Below are positions 26,252-38,000 of a DNA stretch of 64,000 bases, piece after piece. The stretch comes from Sphagnum compactum (taxonomy: Eukaryota). The DNA is taken from the NCBI GenBank assembly GCA_965153455.1, contig OZ234493.1, forward strand, positions 22,062,213 through 22,126,212, in the 5' to 3' direction. Made by a program: the position numbers and the translations under genes. The notes under the pieces are model-generated. The model was not told the origin of the DNA. It searched no databases and saw only the letters and a program-made list of their open reading frames with translations. How positions within the stretch are numbered: position 1 is the stretch's first letter; each line of letters starts with the position of its first letter.

Positions 26252-29200
26252 CTAGGTCGAAGGTGAGAGTAAGGAGATGAGGTGCAGCATGTAAGCTATC
26301 AAGCATCCCAACAAAGCTCCTGCAGCCACCTGCCACAGAAATTCCTCCACTGCATCAGAAGATCTCCTATAGGGTCCAGTAAAGGATTCATATGCCTTCT
26401 TAGCATACCAAACTCTCTAGACTCCTACAAAAACCTATGACAAATCAGGACTCTAAAAAGAATCAGATCCATTAAAAGAGCAACTTTCAGTTGCACAGCT
26501 CCATGTTGCCAATACCAAAATGCACCACAGGAATGGTCATGTAGTTGGACTATTTAGTTGGGAATGTAGACATCTTTTGCTTGAAACAGCTATCACATTG
26601 GATGAGATGTTCTCATGGGAGCACAATGTGAGAACAACTGGATATTAAGCTTCAATCTCATCACCATGTTTAACAAGCGAACTGTTTGAATTTTCCAACT
26701 TGGTCGTTCATTGGTAGTCTACCCTGCTCTTCCCCCTATGTGGCAAGTGCTGTATTGGGCTTTTGTAAAAATTTCCAGTCCCTTCATCAAGGCTAGAAAA
26801 CACCATGAAAGGAAAAGGATACCTGGGGAGGTGTATGCCCCAGAAACTCTCTAAGAGGCCGAATATCAGCAAGTGGGTGCTCCGGTGGAAGCTCGAAAAC
26901 TATTTGATTTAGAACCTGCACCCATTTCATTGTGCATCCCCCCCCACTCATTATTCCCTGAGACAATTCTATTGCATAAATTCACAGGCAGATTGCCAAT
27001 TGAGTTCACAGAGAAACTCAGCACACTGTTACCTCAATACAAGATGATTTGTCCAATCTTAATTGTTTGGCCTCAACAGGGAGGTGTGTAATCTCTGTTG
27101 TCCATCAGAGACCCCATCTAATGGCAGGTTCAGATCTTTGTTTACACCACAAGCAGAGCTACTATGGGAAATAACAGCTTCTAGACATTTCCCAGCTCCC
27201 ATCAAAGCTAATGATTACATGCATGGTCACAAGCCATTGTCTGTGCTGACAGACACCTCAAAATTGACTGGCACATAAAATGGAAATTAAGAGAACACTG
27301 CTGGTGACATTGTACAATGCATCCCTAGGGTTCAGTGATACAAACAAAGATTGAGTTGCTGTAGAGCACAGTTAAATGGTCTATTATGTGAATGTTGAGC
27401 TTTGACCCACTTCATCTTGAAACAGTAGTTGAAAATTTTGGACCAGGATATGTCCAAAAGCATGCTCAAATGTCATTTTAAGCAAAATCATTCTATGAAC
27501 CTGTCAGGACTTGGCATTGTGCCCAGGTTCCTCATGGAACCAACATGATAAAGCTGGGTCAACTTGATTCAAAAACTCACAAATCTCAATCAATTAGAAG
27601 AACAAAGAGGCACAAGGATGTGGTGATAACCTCAGCTTGTCGACCAGCCTGCAGCCTGACACCTGATGCATCATACATAACCTGCATAAAAAATTCCCAC
27701 ACCCACAAAGCCCACCTTCACAATTCCTTCCTACCTGGCCTTGTAGAAAACCTCTTCCTCCATTCTTCTCCTCTTTCTTTCTTGATAGCATAGTGATTTC
27801 TCTGAGTTTCTGAGGATGCAACTCTCAAATTGTTTGGTGCAATGGTCTTTTAAGCTGGCCACACTACATTCATAAATTCTCTTTCACGTCTCATCTTGCC
27901 TTGTGCGACTTTAAATGTTGAACCCCTTCTTGCTACTTCATATTATCCACCTATAAGGAGGCATTAATGTATTGCAGATGCAGATAAGACTGAGCATCTG
28001 CAATCCATATCTTTTGACCTCACACACAGGAAGCTACAAAAGTTTTGACAAACTTTCTTACAATGCTGGCAAGAACCAATGCGATTGCAAAAAGGGGTGA
28101 CGCAGGACCCTCGCGAAGGCCAATGGCACAAGCAAGGCCCATTACAGTGGCAGAGTGAGAGGATGGCATGCCCCCTGACCCATACAACCTCTTCACATCC
28201 CAACGTTTCTCCTTATACCTGCCCACCTACCACCTTCTTCAGCAGCATTTCCACAACCTTGCATATCCTCACCAAACAGAACTACAGGCATGAGTTCTTC
28301 ATCCATGAACCTAAATCCACCAACATGGTCCAAGGCTCTACAACATTCCACTGAGATAACAGGTAGTAGGAAGTAACTTTGACACTTCAATACAAATTCA
28401 GGCTGTAAAGCTGAGGACTCTTTTTGGTCTTGTGCTTGGAGGTTTGGCCAAACTCCTCTTGCAAAGAAAGCTTTGGTAAAGAATTCCTCCTCACAAAGAA
28501 TGTACCATTCCGCAAAGTGCAGAACCCTGGCAGTCAACAAGCTTGTGAACTATAACAAACCTACTTCCCCCCTTAGATTTAATCCAAAATGTCATCATAC
28601 TCAAACATTGGCATTCCTCATCACCAGAATTCATCCGCCAGCCATGTGCAGGAACCCTAGGAGTTGACTCAAGGGATGTTTGATACAACCATTTCTGTTT
28701 ATGCTACAACTATCACAAAGTCCAAGGAGAGATAGACAATGAGCTTGGTCTGTATTCCTACCAAACACACCTCTTTGTAAACACAATGCATACTAAACAG
28801 TAAAACCTCTGAGATTACTGGCTAATCATCAAATGTGGCCATGGCAACTTGGCTGTATACACCTGCCTGCAAGGGTTTGGAAGTGGGAGCCCTAGGTTAC
28901 AGTTTCATCAGAACACCAAAATATTGCAAAATAGCTCCGCTCTTCACTTGCTTCTGGATGGATGCAGGAAACTCACTCCTTCAAAGAGGAAAGACCATCC
29001 CACATAAATACATACATACAAAGAGAGAGGGGGTGGAGGAGGAGTCCGGAGGGGATCTCTTCTACGAATCTCTTTAGTTTGTCGCGACCAGGGGATGAGA
29101 AGCACAAGGGAGGCGAGAAAAGAGATCAAGGGAGTACCAAGTGGTCAAGACCTTGAGCGACTGGGCCACAGCAAAGGCCACAAATGCCGCAACCAGGGGT

Positions 29201-29289
29201 AGATTCGTGACTGCTTCGTACTGCGACTTTACCATTGTTGCATTCGCTGCTGTGGCTGCGCGTGCAATCTCTGTCGCTGTTGATCCCAT
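26252..29289 (-). CDS. DUF212 family (acid phosphatase/vanadium-dependent haloperoxidase-related, YuiD-like) membrane protein, 5 coding exons
   Basis: Exons 29289-29138, 28218-28062, 27681-27631, 26915-26823 and 26329-26252 give NLPLVAAFVAFAVAQSLK..GSGGMPSSHSA..VMYDASGVRLQAGRQAEVLNQ..LRESLGHTPPQVAAGALLG, the hallmark DUF212 motifs. Confidence 0.93.
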
Positions 29290-30101
29290 TTCTCTGCGCT
29301 CTCAGATCCCCTTTCCAGTACTAAATATTTGAGCAAACCGGTAGTTGAATCTTGAACCGCCACCTCGCACCTGGAGGAACAATAGTGCCAAGTGGGGTTC
29401 CCGAACATTCCCCCCACCTAGAGCTCGATCTCCTCTAACAGCAGCAGCTATTAACGACGCCACGGAGAGAGAAACAGTGTTAAGTCAGTTTCCCCGAAGT
29501 GTGTTCATCCCAATATGACAGGCTAGAGAGGGAACCAGCGAGAGCAAACGACCGCAGCGAAAACAAAAACACAAACACAAAAGCATCATCATTCTTGCGC
29601 TCGTTTCCGCCGGAGCAACAAACAAACAAACAAACAAACCCCATTCTTTCTTGATGATGAGAATCGCTACGAAATCAAACAAACGAAACTCTCTAATAAT
29701 ACGGCAGTACAAAAAACAGATTTCTCTCAGCGAAAAGCCCACAGTAGAAGCAAACCAAAAAAACCATGTCGACCATGACCGAATCTCCTTTTCTTTCTTT
29801 GTCCAAAAAGCACCAAACAAGGTGATGGAAAAAAGCAACATACGTACCTCTCTCTTGTCGTTTCACTCTCTCTCTCTTTCGCTTTCTCTCTCAGCACTTG
29901 GATCTGATTCCCGGAGACAACATTGCCATCAACTTGGACATGGCAGGCACGCTTGGGCAGATGCGAATTCGCCGTTGCGCAACGCGACGATCGATGGAGA
30001 AGGGAATTGCAGCGACGCGGAGACAGAGAGAGAAGGAGAGGGAGGGAGTCGGGGGAGAGAGGGGGGCACAATAAGACGAGGAGTAAGTAGCGCAACAGGA
30101 G

Positions 30102-30485
30102 GGCCACAGTGAACCATGAAGGATGAATGATAAGTGGTCAGAAAACAGTTTTCTGTTGGGTTCCAGTACATTAGCTAACCATGGTGGTTGGTTAGCTCAG
30201 TTGGGGTTTTATTTTATTTTCCTACCTACCTACTAACAACTCACAAGCAGGTTGTTATCAGGTAGGTAGTAAAAACAGCCCTTACCTATGTATAAACCAC
30301 CTACTTACCTAGTGGTTACCTATTTTCTTACCTATCTATCTATCTATGTTTGAGAGCTATTTCTTACATAATTGGTTACCCAGGTGAAACTAAATATTAA
30401 CCCAGTTGAGGTTCATCCACAACTAAGGAATGACGGGCATCCGGTGGATGGATGGTGTGCTGGTGGGTGCTGGTTCACTGTGGCC
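30102..30485. mobile_element. MITE with perfect 15-bp terminal inverted repeats (ggccacagtgaacca / tggttcactgtggcc)
   Basis: TIRs are directly visible, the ~384 bp element is non-coding, and related copies occur at 23789-24180 and 33537-33642. A clean TSD was not established. Confidence 0.8.
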
Positions 30486-32756
30486 ATTATATAATATTCC
30501 TAGGTACCCCCCCAAAGTGCCATATTTTCAATCCTCAGATTGCGCGTTGCCAATAGTTTCCACCATATTTTAAGGGTTAGCAACAAGTGATTTTTTTTTC
30601 CCCCACAAATTTTGTTGTTTTTTAAACCCAAAAGTGGAATTTTTGATGGATTTTTTTTTGTCTTTAAAGTGTAAATTCGACTAATTTTTCTATTTTTTTG
30701 AAAAAAACCTTCAAAATTCTTACATCACAAAAAATGGGGAGGCAAATTTTTAAAATAAAAATAAAAATCTCATGGTTGGGAACTTGGTTCTCAAAGGGCA
30801 TTATTTACATTACACCCAACATAATGTAGCTAACATACATAGCTAACAGATATTCAACACGACCTTGGCTTACGGGCTTTACAGACAGTGCCTTGCGTGA
30901 ACCATTGTCGTTACCATGGTAAAAATCCCAAAATCCATTTAAATTATTTCAGCAATGTGCTACTACACATTACCAGTGTGATGATCAATTATTTTATTTT
31001 TTTTCTTAGGTTTTCATATGGTTTTCAATAATTCATCATTATTCATGTCAATGTCAAATTTACTTTAAATTAATATATGTTTGATGGACATGAAAAGACA
31101 CATGTTGATTTGTTTTTTCATATCCATGTCCCAGGATAGGAAAAAAGAGTGTGATAGTTACAAAATGGAGATAATTATTAAGAAATTTAATAGAAAAAAA
31201 GGTTATTAAAAAATGAAATAGTTAAACTTGAAAATAAAATAATTATTTTTGAAATAGTCTTTGGAGTTGTCCATGGACAACCGTGCAAAGAATTCCAAAA
31301 CATCCCCCCATTTGATTGAACCATGACCCCCAAAGAAACTATGTTCTTTTTGGCCTCTTTTAGACTTTTGAGGAGGTCTTGATTCTTCAAGTATTCTCAA
31401 CATTCACAGCAATGTCCATGGAAAGAGATTAAAAAAATCAACAAAGGAAGGAAAAGTGAACCAAACAAAAGAAAAGTAGTAGCTGTGGAGGTGCTCAGGA
31501 AAAACTAAAGACAAAGAAAAATTTCCAAAATTGGTGGAAAAACTAGTTTGAGTCCCAGTTATTTCGTTTTGTAAAATTTTCATTCCCAGTTACGTGTTTG
31601 ATGCCCTATTATGCCAAAACTGGCCGCCCTCTAATCGAAGGACTTTACACATAAGTCTATTATCTTTGACTTTTGGAGTGGTATGAAGCATTGACAAATA
31701 ATTGAATTGGATCGAATGTAGTGTTCACCATGTTTTTGTTAGTTTATTTTATTTCAGTGAAATTTTATTGCTTGTGTTTCAAATTGGTGTTTTTTTTAAT
31801 CATTAATATTTGTGATTTAACATCCTAGACATGTTTTCCACACACACGATAAAAAGAAATGAAGGGCTATGAATTGGACAATCTTTCATCATGAAGGGCA
31901 AAACAAATTAGAGGCCTTCCTTAATAAAGGTTCACCCACCCTTCAATGTTGAACACGGCTGAAAGGCCTCACTAAAATAGGTGAAGGTACAAACAAGGGT
32001 GCTGGTACACCATGGCCTACAAACCGTATGACTATAGTTTATTAATTTCAACACAACAATTTCCGTGTACATTGAGGGTTAGACGGATGTAAATTGTAAG
32101 TTCCTTAACCCTAAGGGCTATCATCCCTAGGTTATAGGGAGCTTATGACAATGATACTTGGAATGATGGAAGCCTTAGGGTTTAGGCTACCTTGTATGAA
32201 AGCTTGTTGAAGCTAGAAGGATGGTAAGAAAAAAAGCTGTCAAAGCGCTTGATGAGTGTCATGCCCGTCCCTACGAATAGGGCTCAAGACTCAGCAAAAT
32301 TCTGCCTCACTAATTACACTAAAGAATAATGGCAAATCAGAAAGGCACTTTTAGGACAATTTAAGGGATATTCTCCCAAGGGGCCTTAACCTTGACCCCC
32401 CCCCCCCCCCCCCCCAAGAACAACAAAATAGTTTGCCTTGTATAGTTTTTATGAGATTCAAGTTTCAAAATATTCATACATTTTAGCATATGTTCTTCTG
32501 ATTGATTAATTTGCATATTGGTGCATTCAGGTTGCATTTTGATACATTTCATATGATTTTTTAAATTTTGATTTGACATTTAGATACTTTTAGATTTCAT
32601 AATTGCCATTTTGAAATTTTCGGTCAATAATGTTGATCCTTTCTGCATAATTTTAATTTTTAGTTTCGTACCATTTTTGTTTACAGCCTTCTGTCTGGTT
32701 CCATGTTTGCAATATAGAGGATTGTTGTTTGCAGTCATCATATGTTGCCATCCTTA

Positions 32757-33200
32757 GAGCATCTCCACCGGTGCTCAGTATGTGACTCCAGACAGTAAAA
32801 TTTATGGTGAAAAAGTCAAAATGTGCCGGTTTAGCTCAGGGAATTGGTTTTTCTGGACCAAATGTGTGCAGCTTGCCGTGGTGGTGAAAGGTGCAACACA
32901 TGTTGAAATGTTGGCCTTTTTATTATCTTGTCTTTAAAGTTGAAATAACCAATTTTGATCAATTTCAAACTTAATAGAAAATAAGGTCAAAAAAAACTTT
33001 TTAACCTAAAAGATTCAAGAAAAGTGGGGCAATTTTGAAATGAAATTGCCCGTCTTTCAAATGACACAGGCAATTTCGTGTTCAAAATTGCCTCACTTTT
33101 GTTTCCGGAGGAATGAATATGCTTTATAACATGGTCTCCAAAATACATGAAATTGTTTTGAGCAGTGCTTTCAGACCCAGTGAGGGTCACTGGATTAAAT
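32757..33200. mobile_element. Possible Tourist/PIF-Harbinger-type MITE remnant
   Basis: TTA followed by GAGCATCTCCA (a typical Tourist-like terminus) at 32754-32767. No matching right TIR was found, so the extent is a guess. Confidence 0.35.
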
Positions 33201-33536
33201 ACATGTAACTAGACAGCTGACCTGGAGGTAACTAGGGTTCATTAACCTAATGAATAAGTAAGTAATCTAGGATGAGAGAGATCATTCAAGGAATGAAATA
33301 ATAAATGAAGGAGAGGGCTAGCCCTCCCTAAGAATGATCTAGCTGCTCTTAATGAATGGGCCTGTTAATAAGGGATGAATGTTCAATATTTACTTTAACA
33401 GATGTGAATGAGAAGCGAGGATTCAATAATGTCTGCCAAATTCCAGTTGCATCTACAGAATTTACATGGAATAAATTTAAGTGAAAAATAATGAATAATT
33501 CAAATTATGATGATTTGCATGGTCATCAAGCAAGCC

Positions 33537-33642
33537 GGCCACATTGAACCAGCACCCACCAGCACACCATGAAGGATGGATGGTAAATGGACAGGAAAAG
33601 AGTTTTCTGTTGGGTTCCAGTTCCATAACTAACCATGGTGGG
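33537..33642. mobile_element. Truncated left end of the GGCCACAGTGAACCA MITE
   Basis: ggccacattgaaccagcacccaccagcacaccatgaaggatggatgg..agttttctgttgggttccagt..ctaaccatggtgg matches the start of the 30102 element and the complement of its right end. Confidence 0.75.
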
Positions 33643-34572
33643 TGGTCCATTTCTTGTGAACTTCATGGCACACTAGTGTAGCCTGTGCCATTTGTGAACT
33701 GGTTACCAAACTAACTTTTCCTTTCAAAACCATTTTTTGTAATATAATTGAATCTCCAACGACAAAAACTACGGTGGTTTGTGGGATCTCAATGTGACAA
33801 ACAAAACAAAACAAACAAACAACTTTCCTTCATAGATAGATTTCCTCTTTTAACTATTGCTGGTTTGAACTTGCAAGAAGGGGCGGAGCCACTTCTGTGA
33901 TACCTGAATCTATTCATCCATTGCTCCACATGATTCCTCAGAGTTCCTGGAGCGTCCCTTGTATGCACAGGTGCATACTAATCTTCATGCTTCTGCCAGA
34001 TAATGGGTGCATCATGATGCATCTAGAAATCTTCCCCTCCACAGACATTCAAATCTCACATGATGTTACTTCACTAGGTTTGGCCCAGGATACTGCTGCG
34101 GTTATCAATGTTATTCAGTTTGCAGGCCCACTGTTCAGGGGTGGTATTTTGATGCACTAGATTTCAGTTATACAGTTTACTAGCCGTGACAAGTTACAAC
34201 CAGGCTCAAAGCACAGTTTAACAGATGACAATGATGTCAGATTCTTTTAAGAATACATCCAAAGTACCTGAGATGGTGCAAAACTTGAGAAGGTTCACCT
34301 TCTGATGAACTCAATCACAAAATAGCCACAATGTTATATTTGCAATACGGAATCCACATTGCCTGCATAAGTATAATGAGCACAATGGTGACAACAGCCA
34401 AAACATAATTCAAAGTCACGTGGTACTAGTTTTCAGCATTCAGCGAACTGATCTTGCCCTCTTGGACTCAAACAAACATACTCTCCTACAGTTGACAATT
34501 ATCAGCACCCCCAAGAATAAACAACAGTCGCAAATCTTGCAGCACTCCTGCAAATGCAACTCTGCTCCACCA

Positions 34573-35079
34573 TTACTGTGAAGAGGTCCCACAAATATAA
34601 CAATAGACTACTTGTCCAAATTTAACTAACAAGGCCTTAAAGAGGGCCTCCAATAGGAAGGGCGCAACCCCAACTTGCCATGCAGTGCGCCAGCCAATTA
34701 TCACAGCCAGGCGCATGCCACCGACTGCAAGAACTGTAAGACTGGCAGCACTCAACCAAAATAGCCCCATGATGTCTTTCCCACTGGCATGACCAGCCAA
34801 CCAAGCAGCCAACAAAAAGCCCCACAAATAACCTGAGGACTTCTCTGTCAACAGTATGTGGTGGCCACTGCTGCCCCCAGCAAAAATAGGCAAGCCGCAG
34901 GCACCACCCAGAAGGTAGAGTAGCACAGCACCCATCCCCAGGTGTGAACCAAGGACAACTGATAGGGCCAGGACCGCAAGTGACTGAAGAGTGATGGGAA
35001 CTGGATTACCAGGCCTGTATATGCACACCTGGGCTGCAGCTGCTAATGCCATGGCACCAAGAACACAGCGCAAGACCAT
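34573..35079 (-). other. bioY: BioY-like (ECF biotin S-component) domain within the final LAF3 exon
   Basis: [78 protein letters not shown] matches the BioY pattern (PVPxTLQ, YLxxGxxGLPxFAGG, GYLxGF, GVxPF..K) with about six hydrophobic segments. Confidence 0.85.
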
Positions 35080-38000
35080 GGCCTTCCAATACAAAGCTTC
35101 TTTGGCACCCTGCTTTATGGATGACTTCATTGATGGGACCATGCTTGTATTGTGCATCAAAAGACCTCCAATGTATGTCGCCAGTACAGATTGTGCATCA
35201 GATTCAGTGACATGATCATGGGAAAGCACAACAAAATCAGCATACTTCCCTGGAGATAAAGATCCCACATAAGTATCCATGAAACTTGCATAAGCAGCTC
35301 CCACAGTATACCTGCAAGAATCATCTGTATGTGTTAGAAGTAATAAATCATTTCAGGAAGAAGACTTTGCAAGTTCATGGAAATCCCAGAGGATTTAGAA
35401 GAGCACACTTGCAACACAATGTAACAAGCAAAAATAATATGGCCAAAAAGCAGTAAGTATAGGGCAAACGTGCAGATGAAACATGATCAATCACACCAAT
35501 CTGCAGAGCATGGCTCTGAAATGTGTGTGCCCTGCATTTCTGGTTCTCATCTCAAAGAGGTTGAGAAGTGGGAGAGGCAATATGACATTTTGCTCTCTTT
35601 TCACGTTGTGGTTTCTTCAATATTCACACCAAATCTGCAAGATAATGGCCATAAAACATATGTACTCTACATTTCTGGTTCTCCTCTCCGAGCTTGAGAA
35701 TTGGGAGAGGTGATATGACATCTTGATAGCTTTCTTTTCAAGTTGCGGTTTCTTAAATATTTCTTCATCCACAGACATATGCAACTGACCTTATTGATCT
35801 GCAAGCAACTCAGGTGAACCTAGCAAGTGCTTCTCTTGTAAAGCCATATGACTTGGTTGATGGCACAGGAGTCAAGGAGAGATTTCCTTGCGATAAGCTG
35901 TTCTGCAATGTGATATGTCCTCACACATGCACAGCCACAACTTCAGCATGAACAAATAAAACATAAGCCCAACTTGCAACTCATAAGAATACTCAACTCA
36001 CCCTGTCAAAGCAGCTTCACTTGAGATAATTTCAAATGGAATCCACGGTGACTGCCAGCCATTGGGGGTCCTTCTTGTTGCTGCTTGGATGCCTCTTAAG
36101 GGATCAAGTGGGGACACCTATGCCAGAAATATATATAATATGTTCCATCAAGCATAAGTCTATCAGTCTCATTATCTTCTCTTAACTCAGACGGGTTCCA
36201 ATTCCAGACAATCCTCACAAAGTTGCAAAGAGAGACTGCTATGGTAGAGGCCATGAGGAAGGTGGACACTTGATAATGGCTTTCTAAGGAGCATTGAGTT
36301 TGTCTTCTAATATTGTCAAACAGAATTGCCCCAGAGTAGCCAGTGGGTGCCACCATGCATAATCTTCACCAACCATGATAAGTTTCATGACAATGGCAGT
36401 TTGCAGGATTATGAGGCAAATGTCAAGTTGAACTCACTGGCCAATCTGAACCCAGTGCAAGTTGTGTGCCATTTCCTAGAAGTGAATTGAAAAGGTAAGA
36501 ACTCTGTAATGCTCGCTCCTCTCCTAGCTTCCTTGAAGCATACTCCGCATCATCCAGCAGGTGATATGGCTGCCACCAACATAGAGAACATGAAACCAAG
36601 TTAATTACTATGCAAAGCTAATCATAGCAGGGAATGTCCTTTTGTACTATGTAGCCCTTTTTGCTGAATGTACCTGGTCAAAGCTTCAATATATTGCAGC
36701 TATGAAAGGTGTAGACATAAGATCTGCATATGTTAGCACTTACTTGCACAGAAGCAATCACACTACTTGCTCCAAAATGTCTAGGTGCCCCACCTGAAAG
36801 ATGCTGGGCATGTTCAATCTGTCTCCACCAACCAGCCCAGAGAGACTAGTTACCCCCATTGCAATTTATCAGAAAATGCAACTTCTATGCTGACAGTGAA
36901 TTATAGAATCAAATGCAGACAGTGGACTTTTTGCAGATAGTGCCAAAGATGTGCACCATTCCAATCAGTGGTGCGAGTGTCTGCTGAGACAAGAATTGAC
37001 AGACCAAACTGTCTGCAAAGGACAGGTACTGACACCTCATAACATCCTGCTCAAACAATAGAGGAGTCCCATTCAGATATGTCTTGCAGAGTTGCAATTA
37101 CTCTGAAACGTCGATCTCGGTGCCCATTCTTAGATTTAACAGTGTCAAACATTGCTAAAACTTGATCATTTGCTGCATCTCCAATGGCATGAACTGCAAC
37201 CTGCAAAACCAAGAGACCACACCACACAGGACATTTACCAACATCTTGCATGTGGAGACAGGATGATGTGGCAAGAGAGATTCACTTTGTAACTAAACAA
37301 CCATGATCCAGCCTCATACACAATCAATTTGTTGTACAGGCTGCTCCTACCTGAAGTCCAGCATTGTCTGCTTCTAAGACAGCTTCAAGAAGCCAGTCAG
37401 GATCTGAGACATGAAGCCCATAATTGGTATTATCATCTGCATATGCCTGCCAGAAATGGCATACCCATTAGGAATGCATTATTTGATGTTGAAAAGGAAG
37501 TAGTCTGTATATGTTGTTCTACCAACACAGGAACCCTCCAAGAAATCTGTCAGCCAAACACTTTCTACAATCCCATACCTTTCCTATGTTCATTCTCATT
37601 AGGTCTATAACCTCCTCAGAGTTTTGCTGAAAGTAGCAGTACGTACCTCATGAAACAGAGCAGATCCAGATCCCAGACTCCCATCAGCAAAAGCCTTGAC
37701 ACCGCCAACATGCAACCAATGGCTGACAGGGGATCTCCTCTGCTCGACCAATGCCTGCAGGCATAACCAGATGTACTGTATGCCTTGTCCCTTGACAGAA
37801 ACTTGGTTCACTATGTACAGTAGATTATGACTCCAGGACATGTAATGGGACATTAATAGAATTTCCTGATCAGTGAGACAGCATTCTCCTCATGCAGTAG
37901 ATCCCAGACTAGTCTGATTTTACACTTTGAAAACTTCTCTTCAGGTACAGCTTGGGAGACTCACTGCAACAGCAGGCCAGGTCTCCAGTGGTAGAAATGC

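Noticed and set aside
29651-30171. GC-rich ORFs of 80-153 aa
   Set aside because: They coincide with the likely 5'UTR and promoter of the DUF212 gene and contain CT/GA tracts with no domain.
32396-32415. Long poly-C run
   Set aside because: It is a simple homopolymer with no supporting structure, and its length is unreliable.
34573-35079. BioY segment as bacterial contamination or a separate gene
   Set aside because: It is contiguous and in frame with a spliced plant exon, has host-like base composition, and is followed by plant-like 3' sequence.
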